NCBI RefSeq assembly: GCF_000150275.1
Contig: NW_002060947.1
Location: 5,547,723 to 5,611,722 of the forward strand
Source of the DNA: Trichoplax adhaerens
Taxonomy: Eukaryota > Animalia > Placozoa
Length of the DNA stretch: 64,000 nucleotides
Direction: 5' to 3'
This document shows, one piece after another, positions 13,149 to 25,707 of this stretch (within the stretch, counting starts at the first letter, position 1; every line of letters starts with the position of its first letter). The notes below the pieces were generated by a model, which did no database searches, was not told the DNA's origin, and worked only from the letters and a program-made list of their open reading frames with translations. The position numbers were made by a program, and so were the translations under genes.

Positions 13149-15531
13149 GGAATGGAGAGATAGCTTTTGAAGCAATTCTTGCAGTTGATTTACCCTTAAG
13201 ATAAAATACTCTGTTGTAAATCTATAATCTTGGTAATAGATATTGATTATCCCTGCGAAGATAACACATCGACGCGTATTTTGCGATTACATCATCGTTT
13301 GTCTACATCATATATTAGCTTACGATTTTAGAAGTAACTCTCAACGAACGGGGTTTGCCTGAAAATGATATCTTTCTAAAGTTTGCTCCAATAGTTGAGT
13401 TATCGATCAATACGAGATATGTAGCTAGCCATCGCGATTACTTAACGTCTCGAATTTTATAAAATGTCAATTTTCTTAAAAAGTAGTTGTTTTAGCTGAC
13501 TATTTTGTGTGATAGTATTGGCGTAGCCTACAGTAGTGATCGATTATAAATATGACAATGCTGCAAGGGTGGTCACAATACTACTGGAATCCTTAGCAGC
13601 TCTTTCTTAAAGCGTTGTTCTTCGATATTATATTACTCTATAAGCTTGATATGGCGCCGTTTAAAAGATTTCCAAAAGTTTCAAGTTATTTGTATTTTGG
13701 CTAACACTGTATAGCGTAGCAACTAAGATAACCACAGCAGCCATAGTGTACATACTGTACTGTGGTTTAGGTGATTTCGCAATGTTGTTGAAAAAATATA
13801 TTCTTCACAAATTTACAATACAGAATAAAATGTGAAAAGTATACGTACATGCCTTATGAGTATCTACATTTACTACATAATGATTTGCCTATGTGCTATA
13901 GCTGAATTAAAGACGAGAGGCTTTTATACACGTCAACAAACGGTATCGTTGCTAAATTAATGTGGATAGTAGTTCTACTCTTAAAAATCCGAACTTTTTA
14001 GTGTTCTAATCATGAAGAGTCGATTATCTATCTGTTCAATGTAAAATTGTAATATTAAAATATAATATCTAAAGTTCTGAACACACTTTACATTTCATTC
14101 CTAAGCCCGTAGCAGTCCTGAAACGAACTATTTTCAGAAATGTACATGTTGCACAAATTGACTCGATATGAATTTGCTTTTTCCGCAGGAAAAGTCAAAG
14201 AATATTTCATCACCAATATCATCAACTGATCACTAGGTTTTAACTTTGTAAACAGCCTTGTCCATATCTATCTATTGTACTACGCGTAGAAGTAACTAGT
14301 AGCAATACTTTACCGCCGTGGTGGTAAATTAAAACAGATAGTGCAGATGAATTCACATACAGAAATCGCCGAAGGCGATTTACCAATATCAAGATATAAC
14401 ATACCGTAAAGTTACTGTATAGATCCTATCCTTCAGCTATCAGCCACTCTATTGGACTCCTTCTAAAGCGGTACCATTACTACATAGGATGCGTTCTTAA
14501 ACACCAGACAAATTTCAACGGCGTTGACATTAGTATATTTGGAGGTGGAATTTCTCATTTTTTTTTATCAGAGTCTCCTTTACAGCATAGGCTATTTTAG
14601 CCAATGGAAAAGTAACCAATAAAAATCATTACGCAGTCAGTAGTTAAACTAACAAGTATCGACTAATCTATTTATAATCTAAGCAGCTGGATCCAATGCG
14701 TTTATTAATAAATCAAGTAAGATGATACCAGTATTACACGAGTTTTTACCATTCTAAATCACAGTAGTAAATCGAGATTAATTAGAACTATCATCTACTT
14801 TATAAAAGCATTATCGCTACATCCTGACAGTTGCAAGCAGGCTAAGCAATTTTAAAGTTAAAAAAAGAGACTCGTTAAATCAATCGTAAAGATATTGTGC
14901 AGAGCTCTAATACTATGAATCCGCAGTTGAAAATCAGTATACGCGTATATTGGATAAATGCCTTGCCGTAAATGGTACCAATATCACTTTGTTACAGTTA
15001 TTTACTGTAACCTGTTGGTTAGCACATCCTATTTCTTGCCAGATCCTAGTCAATAGATCAAATATCAGAAGTTATAACTGGACTAATTACTTGTCGCGAT
15101 CGATCAGTATAAAGCTTTACATTAGGCACTCGTTTTGGAGATTTAATGTTATCCGCAGAATCTTACGTTAATTAATCACACAACAACCAGATGCGAATAC
15201 AGTGAAGAAAAAGTTGTGATGAAATTTTTTTAAATTGGGCAAGATTGGACAGAAATATACTACTGTTCAATACATTAAATTAAATGTTTCAATGCGAGGA
15301 CTGCAAGGCTAAAAGTACTGGTTACGCATATTGCGGTGCATTCTAATATACGCAGATATGGATGATAATGAATTGAAATTGCAACAAATCTTAATAGTCA
15401 CTGTAATAATTAAAGTGTTCAAATTTTATCCGGATGAAGCTTTATCGAAATTGACCTAGTGCAGTAAACATCTCGACTAAGCTTCATGATATACGGTGAA
15501 ACTAATAATTTGTCCTACACATAAAAGATCG

Positions 15532-15853
<322 letters not shown>

Positions 15854-16000
15854 TCACGCAGTGCCTTTGCTTCTATCGCACCAGAGTAAGATACTGTTTA
15901 GTGATGAGCTTTTAACCTTAAATAGCTATCTAATACGTCTATATTGAACCCCATTTCATTTGCTTTATCGCTCCCCTTTTCAGAACGTTTCGTGTACTTA

Positions 16001-16049
16001 CAGTATGGCACAATGATGGCGACAATGGGCCGAACGAGGCATAGAAAGT
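16001..16049 (-). promoter_or_regulatory. Upstream motif block shared with beta-thymosin C
   Basis: CAGTATGGCACAAT-GATGGCGACAA…CATAGAAAGT, versus CAGTATAGCACAAT…GATGGCGACAA…CATAAAAGGT at 20301-20349. Confidence 0.5.
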
Positions 16050-16629
16050 GGAATACAAAAACATAAAACATTAAAAGCATTTCATATACGAGTGTAATAG
16101 AGAGATTTACAAAGAGATTGGAATTCGCTATGCTTTGGTGTAGCAAGTTATTGAATAGAATTATAGAATTATCTACAATATACTAAAGTTATTTTTTTTT
16201 TATGAAGTAGTATTCCCTAGAAATTGTTATGACTGGACGTAAGGTCAGAAGAATCCGCAGGCCGCCTACAACTTTTAAAAATGGCTGATTCCAATACAGC
16301 ACAGTGCTGTATACTGTTTCAAGGAGTAATTGAAAGTCTGTAATTATGTGATCAGGAATTCAATGAATTTTGCCCAAATAGTAGTCTTGAATGATTATAA
16401 TAGCTACATTAATGCTAGCGAAACTTGTTGATAGAGAGTACCGTAATTTGCGGAATTGCCTCTAATTATAATTGCTTGTCCATCTTTAACTAAATGATGT
16501 TGTTCTTAACCATGGCTTAAGAAAATTTACGTTCACGTTAGCCAGGCTTAATGATCAAATATAAAATTTACCGAAAAAGATTAAATTAATTAGATGAAGT
16601 TAACTATCCTGTTTAGTCTCAAATGTTAC

Positions 16630-17047
16630 TTAATCCTGATCTGCAACAGGTTGTAGCTGAATGCTCATTTTTTGAACATGTAAATTATATAACATGGCTG
16701 CAAATTTAATTGAAGACTCAAGTGCAGTATCTATGCTTGATTCTTCTTCAATAACTGCAGTAAAATTGGATTAAATTACATATCTAGAAAGGGCAATACT
16801 GTCATATACTTCAGTAGTAGTGCCGTATCGCCATCACTTAATAATAATATAATTATAATTATTAAAAACAATGCTTCTAAAAAGTAGCATGATAATACGC
16901 TCACAGTAACATCTAATATCTTAACAGTTACATACCTTCGCTTATTGGCAGTACAGTCTTCTCCGCAATCTCAGCGTGCTTGAGTTTGCTGCTATTAAAA
17001 TTTGTAACTTCACTTGTCGGTAATTTCACTTCAGAGAGAGTTTCCAT
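16630..17047 (-). CDS. Beta-thymosin B, divergent form with a C-terminal extension, 78 aa (exons 16936-17047, 16630-16754)
   Basis: METLSEVKLPTSEVTNFNSSKLKHAEIAEKTVLPISE|VIEEESSIDTALESSIKFAAMLYNLHVQKMSIQLQPVADQD*, with the same phase-1 intron position and canonical splice sites. Confidence 0.75.
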
Positions 17048-18892
17048 TCTGCAATGACTACGGTACTTTTCGTGAATGTAAATATTTATATTTAATACTC
17101 AAATCTTACAAATGTAGTGCGCCCTTTAAGAATAATATAGCACTTAGTGTTCAACTACGTCTCTCTAGAAGCTTTCCGCACTGCAAAGATCTTAAAAGTA
17201 GTAAATACTTAAAGGGCCTTTACGAAGGACCATTAAATGATTAGACGATGACGAATGACGACTAGAACCAACTCATTGTTATGATAGTTTACTAGTGGAC
17301 ACTACAAATTTACATCAGCTGCAAAGACACTGCAGCAACATGCATTATGCGATGCACATACTCCTCGTCATGAAGAAAAGTGGATCTCTTCAACCTGATC
17401 ATAGAAAATTAATATATTTCATCCATTAACAACATGACAATTGTGATTTGATTGTCGTCATTCTTGGTAATTAAGTAAAGTTGCCTTCCAACAATAATAT
17501 TGGCAGAAGAGAAGCGAGTCATTGTTTCTTTTATTCATCTTGTACAACGTATACACCAAATGGCAGATGCTACGGACATTACTCTTCATTATTATCATTA
17601 TATTATTATGCCTGCAACTGTTGTATATTACGTTATGATATAAGGTATACTGCGTTAATAGCATTCACTCTGAATCATGCTAAAATATTCAGAACAACTG
17701 ACTGTGCACACAATATGTGGCGACCTGGATGGAATGGATTCGGCTATCTATACGTATGATTTTATATAGTATTAGAAAAATTCTCTATTTGAGTAGCTAT
17801 GTTAACTATCTGAAGCTTTCCTACTAACATGATACCCGTATACTATTCTCGAATAATTGTGTACAGTATGAGACAGTAGATAAAGATCATGCGAACTATA
17901 TGCAGAGCTTTATCGAGCTAGATGCACCATTTGCTGAATGCTATTAGACAAATAAGACTGTAGTAAATCAATCTCAGTACCATGTGTACGTGATATTCAC
18001 CAAAATTTAGCTCTTTAGCAAGTAGATTTCTTCGACATGGTATTGATGTATGCTATTTTCAACAATATCTGTAAACGAACTTATCAGACTGATACAATCA
18101 AACCTCTGTTGTCACTGCTGATGCTAAGCACAGCATAATAGACTCTTGCAATCAGTAGTCGCTCTTCCCGAAGTTAGGATGATACGGGGGGGGGGGACAG
18201 AAGGCTTGATTTAAATTCATATAGTAACTTTAACTACATTCTACTTCTTCAGTAAAAGTATTGCTGAGTTCAGTTTGCATCTAAAAGTAGTTGTCACGAA
18301 TGCATTTGATCATTTCTTCTAATATTTATGTAAGGCTCGTTAGAAGATAAGGTATTCAGTGCAAGGTTACCGTACTTCTTTAGGGGAATACCTAACGCTA
18401 TCAAATAGGGATTAGAAAAAGTGGGCTTTACATTTTTTAGCACGCAGAACATCTTCCATTTTAATACTGATATCACGTAAAGTGTATTACAACCTTGAAA
18501 ATAGTTATAATTATTTACTTACAGGTTACAATCGAGCATATTTTTCTACTACAAGCGGATCAGTTGCTTATAGAACAGAAATCTTGATTGATATCTCGAT
18601 ATCAATACGTGCCCTCGTACGTGTAATCAGACTCTGTGGGTAAATCACTCATTTTAGGTAATAGACAGCTTATAACAAACATGTTAACCAAGCTAACACA
18701 TAAACAGTGCAAACAAATATCTTTTCAGTAGCTAGATCTATTAGTTTTTATTGGTAAGGGAATCACTTACATATCAATGTCGATTAACATGAATAGGGAA
18801 TAGTAATCTACGAAAATTACGCTGCAGTAATTAAATTATCAAGTGCAGACTAATAAAACAGCTTTCTATATAGCTTCATGTAATCGAAGCAA

Positions 18893-20167
18893 TTACTCGG
18901 ACTTTTCTTGCGCAATCGCTATAATAAGAATATAAACAGTACATATATATTAAATATGTTATCAGTACAATTTTAGTAGAAAAATCAAGATAAAAATTAC
19001 AATAGGCTTTAATTAAGAGTGACTACAAGAACTGAAAATGTACTACAAAATGATATAGGAATTTACGCAACTTTAAGGTCAACAGCACGATTACTATGTT
19101 CTATATCAAGGAAAGTTAATTTAAAACTCAAAGGAGGTCGATTTATTGTCAACATAATGATTACTCCATAAAACGTTCGATAATGCAATTGAGTACTATA
19201 AGTAATAGTAATTTACAAGTAAGCGCATAACTAAATTTTTCGTCTTGATTAGGAGGTATGGCTACTTCCTTATGGTCATGATGAGTAAAATACTATTTAA
19301 AACTGTATCTAACGTAGAGAAGTAGTTGTACGAGTATATATGAAATAACTCGATCTCCCAGGAGTTGGTCGTATTTAAGTTACCACATATAACTGTAGAA
19401 TGTCTTGTATAAAACTCAGCAGGAAGGTAACATTGTTAAGACATTAAACGTCTTCATTTCAAGCTCATACGCATGTAGATACGAAGTAAACCTACTCGAT
19501 ATACTGCAGTCTATAGTGTTGTACGCTACGCAAAATGCAGTAAACCATCAATTTGAGAATTTAGCTATGCTGTACAGTGTACACCAGTATTGTCTAAGAT
19601 ATTACTATACTACAGTATAGAAATAGAAATATTACGGTTAACTTTAGTAGATACTGCATTTACTTTAGACTTTTTCAGACGAGATCTTATCAAAAACTAA
19701 CCAAGACCTACATATCCCGATTATACTGTGTATGGCGATCTACGGTTACTCCAGTAACTTCTTGAACGTATACAAAGTTGCTACAGACTTACTTTCTTTT
19801 GTTGGTAGGGGATTCTTTTCCTCAGTTTCTACGTGCTGAAGTTTTTGCCTTGAAAATTCTTTCACGGCATTTAATTCAGGCCGATTTTCGCTTCTTTCTT
19901 GAGCAATAGCTACAATATTATAGTTATAATAATATTCAATACAATTATTCACGAAAAGGCAGCAATAAACTTTGGCGAAAGAATTTTATTGCTATTAGGA
20001 AATAAGGTTAAATTCGTATGCAAAGAATAATACAATTCCAACAATCATCATCGTTACAGTTATTTACTTGTAAACGATGGCAAAGGATTCTTTTCCGTAG
20101 TTTCAATATGCTTGAGCTTGCTGACGTCGAAGCTTTTAACTTCACTTCTGTCTGGTTTATTACTCAT
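18893..20167 (-). CDS. Beta-thymosin C, two-repeat form, 80 aa (exons 20068-20167, 19793-19909, 18893-18918)
   Basis: [33 protein letters not shown]|[39 protein letters not shown]|TIAQEKSE*; both introns are phase-1 GT-AG. Confidence 0.9.
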
Positions 20168-20300
20168 GGTTAATTTCGTTATTGAGATTTCGCACTATCG
20201 TCGGTTATTGCACACCAGAGGGAGTTATTGTTCAGCAATAAAATTATTTCGTGGTTGTTGTTAATAATGTTGTTTTGATCGCGTTAAATTTACCACCGTC

Positions 20301-20349
20301 CAGTATAGCACAATTATATGGATGGCGACAAACAATAGACATAAAAGGT
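20301..20349 (-). promoter_or_regulatory. Upstream motif block shared with beta-thymosin A
   Basis: See 16001-16049. CACCAGAG is also shared about 50 bp before both ATGs (15879-15886 and 20213-20220). Confidence 0.5.
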
Positions 20350-21899
20350 ACAGGAAATGATATGCATACACTTATATTAGTAATCAATTTGGAGGAATAA
20401 TAACGCATGCGAGAACAAAGAGGTTGGTGTAATAGCCGCAGTATTAGACACCTGATAGAATAGAGTAATACATAAATATGATGAATTTAGCGTGTACCAT
20501 ATACAACACTCTACAGTACTTTGCTACTTCTATTACCGGAACTGAAATAAAATTGAAGGCTTCTATTGCATCGATTTTGACATTCACGCAAGAAATAGCT
20601 TCAATAAGACGATAGTTTCTTCGATTGAATTGGTCAACAACTCTGTTAACGTATATAGCAGTAATAGCACTGAGAACACTCTTTTGCAATAGCAGCAATA
20701 TTATGATCGTGCCTATTGTAGAGATTTCTTGGCGTATTAAGGGGAATGCGCCCTGCGGTACATATTTGCAGTCATTCATTCACAGTCAGTAGTATAATTT
20801 GCTAAGAAGAGGGTACAATAGGACTTGGTATAAATTTGGACTACTATAACTATTTGACATTACGAATTTGCGATCAATTACTTTACAATAACATCATTTT
20901 CAACGATCTCTTTCTAGTTGATTCCACTGCTTCAACTATTGTCATGCTTTAGTCAGAGATGCGGTGCCTTTACAATCTCGCACCAGGAATCGGTCCATGG
21001 AATTTACAGTGAGAAATAAATGGATGCACTGATATTCTAACGGCTAACAACTTAAGTCATATTAACGTTAGACGCTAGAACAGTATGAAATCGTTAGAGT
21101 TGTACTGGATATAATTGAAATAACAGTATACTGTACACTGTGCCTAATTGATTACCGCCATAATCAATTTGGATAAGTTAATACAGTACAGTACTGTAAT
21201 ACATTACTGCATTACGTAACCTCTTCTTGAACCATATATCAACGTATGGTAGGGGGGATCAGTCGTATTTGTAAGTATAAGGAAATTATCATATAAAATT
21301 AATTAATTGAATTAATTTTCGAAGGCTGTATTGTCATGCACTTGTATGCAGTAGATCACCTAGTATGAAAACCACTATAGAATAAAATCTGATTTAACGG
21401 AAAAAATCATGGGTTAATCGTTTGAGTACTAATCTAAAATCATAAGTAGTATACCGGAATTTATCTCACTCAGCAAGCAACTCTGATCGACGGTAAAATA
21501 TTTCAAAATGATCGTTGTCAGTACGGTATCGTTCCTAAAGAATACTGTACATCCACTCGTAGAGTATCTTACACTGAGTAGATTACTTTTTTAGAGTATC
21601 GCTCGTTGCGCTATTTTTTCTCTTTGCAATATGTACTGTCGTTTTTTAGTAACTAGCAGTTACTCTGGTTAGAGTAAAAACTCCACCTTCAGCAACTGGC
21701 TGGATTGGACAGCAGCTCCTTTCATTTTACATACTGTAGAATACCGATGTGAGGTACTGTACTGCATAGTAGCACATCCATTGATGTGTCTGAAACGTGG
21801 ACAGGATTAAAAAATAAAAATGAATTTTACATGAAATGCATTATGCAATAGTCGATAGATGGTACAGTAAGACATGGACCACTAGATGAATAGATTTTT

Positions 21900-24200
21900 T
21901 TGTATCTTATTAGAAGTTTTCAAAATAATCAATTTCAATAGTTTGGAGTTAGTTCCGTGCTAATGCGTTGGCTGTTATTTGTTTGCACTTTGCAGAGTAT
22001 TGCCAACACTACAAGCACGACAGTTAGATATATCCTAACTTCTGCAGCATGCCAATTTTAGTCTGATTGACGACCACCGTTGAAAGATGACCTACAGTAG
22101 GTTTCCTTGCAGCATGAAATATTTGATGATTTTATTTCATCTCTTAGTAATGCCTGATTTTCTGTATATCGATAGACGAGCTGCTACCTACTGTAGATCC
22201 ATCATGTATCTGCTCTAGACCTGACAGCGTACAGTATACTGTACGGTATAAGGCAATGTACAATACTGTAACGCAAGATTGATACTGTCAACAGTAGTCC
22301 ATGATTGGTAATATGAAAGTATGCAAAATACCATACATCATAGTAACTTTAGTACTGTACAGTATAATTTACGTGTTGATAATCCTTTCGTTAGAAATCT
22401 CTAGAGCGTGGAATGCCACCAACTTGAACAATATGTGTTGACTGAAGAGAATCATGCTTATTCGATAGTACAGTATGTGTTGCACACTCCTTGTTGTCTT
22501 CAGTCGTTCGATAAAATCCAATTATTCATACTGATTGGGCCCGATTGGGAAAATCGTCAAGATCGTGCTTGTACGATTACAAGATTAGATTCACTTTACG
22601 GAAGAGAATAAACTATATAGTCTAATGAGAGTATACTCGTATTGGCACGACTTGGAATTGCAGTTATTACAGAATGATATACAGAACAGTCGTTGCCGAT
22701 ATCGCCATGGTAGACAGATCAGACCGACAAAATGATTTTACTCTTGCGATTGATACAACAGAACAACATTGGATTGGCTAATCGATTGAATGCATGGTAC
22801 GATGTACAGGTCGAGCTTTGATTGGAAAATTTGCATAACGTTTACAGCCATGGTAGAAAACAACATCAGCAGATGATTCATTTTTGAAGAGCTGGAGGGC
22901 AATACCGATCAATCTTTTTTATTCATGTGCTGATAATGCTATCTTTTAGATTGTAGACTGCATACAAAATGATGAATTTGCTATATATCATTGCTACTGC
23001 CAATTCATGTATAACATTGAGTGTTGGAGGGCACTAATAGAATAGAATAAGATAACATAAAACATAATAAGAGCTTACCAAAAGTTGGAGAGTCAATACA
23101 GTAGGCAAATCCTTCGATCAAGAAAGCGGCGGCACTTTGAGAAGCGATAGAGGGTCGAATCTGGTCTTTCTTCTTTTGTGGCCTTTCTTTGACTGGATGT
23201 AGAAAATTAGCCAATCATATTGTATTTATTTAATGGCATTGTTTACTATTGCACAGCAGTGATAATAGGTTGTACAGTACAATGCACAGTACAAATTACT
23301 GTACTGTAATACTGTAATAATTTTTATCTTTACAGTACCGTACAGTACCGTACAGTATTCTGAAACATCCAATAAACGGTTGAAGCAGAAAAGTATAGGC
23401 AGACGTAGACTTTACCAGGGACTTTATGACGACTATTTTTAGTCTTCGATATTAGTCTTAGAAGTCCCTGACTGTACAGTACAGTACAGTGACTATGTAC
23501 AGTATGTATCATGGACACTGTACAAAATTACAGTACTGTATGGCTAATCATAAAATTTGAATTTTATTTTATTTATTTATTTTAACCTATCACCTATCCA
23601 CGAGTACTGTACATACTCTGCTATACTGTACTATACTGTACTGTACAGTACAGTATGTACAGTGTACAATATAACACTATTTAATTTAATTTAAAATAGA
23701 ATTTCTTGAAGTGTTTAATCATAAATTGTCCCACAATGCTTGAGTACACGAAGTACTGTACAGTACTGAGTACACATGTTACACTGTGCATTCGTACCTA
23801 ATAGCTACAGTACGTACTGTACTGTACTCTTCATTTTCCATACTGCAACTGTAAATCGACTGTACTGGACGTGCTCAATTAGCCTTTGCATCTACAGTGT
23901 GCACGAAATATGTATTCCCAAACTTAGCTCAAGCTGTCCAATGGGTTCTAATAGTCTTGTACTCATTATTTGTAACATCTCTAAGATTTGGCGAAACGCT
24001 GATATTAAGGCAAGCGGATCATATTGGATATATAAGCAGACTACAGTAGTCCTTGACCATGTTCTTCCTTGACTGACGTGTCGAAAACAGATGTCGTCAG
24101 AAGTCAAACAAAATGGTTTGTCGTTTGTACTATAGTATCTAGTACTGTTTGCGTTGTACTGTACTGTACAGTCGTGTGTAAAAAGTGTGTCAAAATTTTC
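21900..24200 (-). mobile_element. Decayed coding-like sequence interleaved with TACAG runs, possibly a DNA-transposon remnant
   Basis: Exon-like fragments with GT donors (e.g. 23078-23214 LHPVKERPQKKKDQIRPSIASQSAAAFLIEGFAYCIDSPTF|GTAAG) and stop-interrupted frames at 22620-22930, next to a subterminal-type repeat array. No diagnostic transposase motif recognised. Confidence 0.2.
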
Positions 24201-24289
24201 CATTTTGAAATACAGTACATGTACACTGTACAGTACAGTATGCCGAACTACAAATTACAGGTTCTCTGGCGTGGCGAGTTTGTAGCATA

Positions 24290-25350
24290 GAGTTGAGTTG
24301 GTGTTTTTTCTACAACTCTATGGCTTGTACAGACTGTACAAGTTGAGTTAGTGTTTTTTCTTCAACTCTATGGTTTGTACAGACTGTACAGTACATTAGC
24401 CCTGATCATTTAAGTGTATAAAGTAATTTATGCAAAATGATCAGGGCTACAGTACTGTACAAGTTGAGGTAGTGTTTTTTTTCTAGAACTCTATGGTTTG
24501 TACAGACTGTACAGGTTGAGTTAGTGTTTTTTCTTCAACTCTATGGTTTGTACAGACTGTACAAAAGCCCAGATCATTTAAATGTACAGTATAAAGTAAT
24601 TTATGCAAAATGAGTCCAAGTTGAGTTAAAGTTTTTTTCTTCAACTCTACGATTTGTACACACTATACTGTACAGTACAGTACAGTACAACTTGGCTTAG
24701 TGTTTTTTTCTTCAAGTCTATGGTTTGTACAGACTGTACAAGTTGAGTTAGTGTTCTTTTCTAGATTTCTATGGTTTGTACAGACTGTACAAGTGGAGTT
24801 AGTGTTTTTTTTCTTGAACTCTACAGTATGGTTTGTACAGACTGTACAAGTTGAGTTAGTGTACTTTTCTAGAACTCTATGGTTTGTACAGACTGTACAA
24901 TAGGCCTGATCATTTTGCATCGATTTTTTTATACACTTCGTTTAGGCTGTCCTACTGATACATTAGACATGTATTGACATATCTAGAAAAAAAAAAAATA
25001 AAGAAATCGTCCAATCTCACGCGGCGCAAATCAAATTTGTGTCCTACATCATCCCCGTGCGAGAAATTATTTTATACTGTACAAGTTGAGTTAGTGTTTT
25101 TTTTCTTCAACTCTATGGTTTGTACAGACTGTACAAGTTGAGTTAGTGTTCTTTTCTAGAACTCTATGGTTTGTACAGACTGTACAAGTTGAACTCTATA
25201 GTTCACACAAAGTATACAGTGTACGGTCGAGTGGACAGTACTGGACAAAGTGTGCAAAAATTGTTGCATATGCCAACTCCAAATGACAGGTTCTCGAGTT
25301 GAGTTCGTGTTTTTTTTTCTTGAACTCTATGGTTTGTACAGAGTGTACAG
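24290..25350. repeat. Interrupted tandem array of a ~50-bp palindromic unit, about 12 copies
   Basis: Unit GTTGAGTTAGTGTTTTTTCTTCAACTCTATGGTTTGTACAGACTGTACAA at ~24292, 24342, 24462, 24514, 24619, 24691, 24742, 24793, 24849, 25085, 25137 and 25298. Confidence 0.92.
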
Positions 25351-25669
25351 AGGACAGTAGAATAAACACTTTGACACTTGATTTTTGCGATGTCTAAATG
25401 TCACGGTTTATACATATCAATAAGAATTTTTCTTAACCCTAGTTATGTCTCTGATTTGAATAAAAGTAATATCATTCTAAAGCTCTACAGTCACTGAGGT
25501 GAAATTTATAATTATTGAATAGATATCATAATTGATTATCTTGTTATAGCGATAATTGTAATTTTTCTTAACCCTAGTTTTATCTTCGATTTCAATGAAA
25601 CTCACATCATTAAAAAGTTCTGTTTGCACTGATTCAGAATATATATATATATATATATTTTTATGTACA

Positions 25670-25707
25670 TTAGGGTTAGGGTTAACATGCAGGATCTAAC
25701 CCTAACA
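25670..25707. repeat. Inverted interstitial telomere-like repeats
   Basis: TTAGGGTTAGGGTTA-ACATGCAGGAT-CTAACCCTAAC. Confidence 0.55.

Noticed and set aside
14308-14381. Two small hairpins (TTTACCGCC…GGTGGTAAA; AAATCGCCGAAGGCGATTT)
   Set aside because: Too short to assign to any RNA class, and there is no supporting context.
19660-19700. ISSEKV* segment as a possible last exon of thymosin C
   Set aside because: No AG acceptor in the required phase; 18893-18918 has a proper acceptor and the canonical TIAQEK.
24663-24920. ORFs with repeated CTVCTNH / WFVQTVQVELV (metal-binding-like)
   Set aside because: They are translations of the ~50-bp minisatellite, and unit lengths vary out of frame.
24290-25350. 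CRISPR-like appearance of palindromic repeats with intervening sequences
   Set aside because: Units are mostly head-to-tail without unique spacers, no cas genes are present, and the context is a spliced eukaryotic genome.
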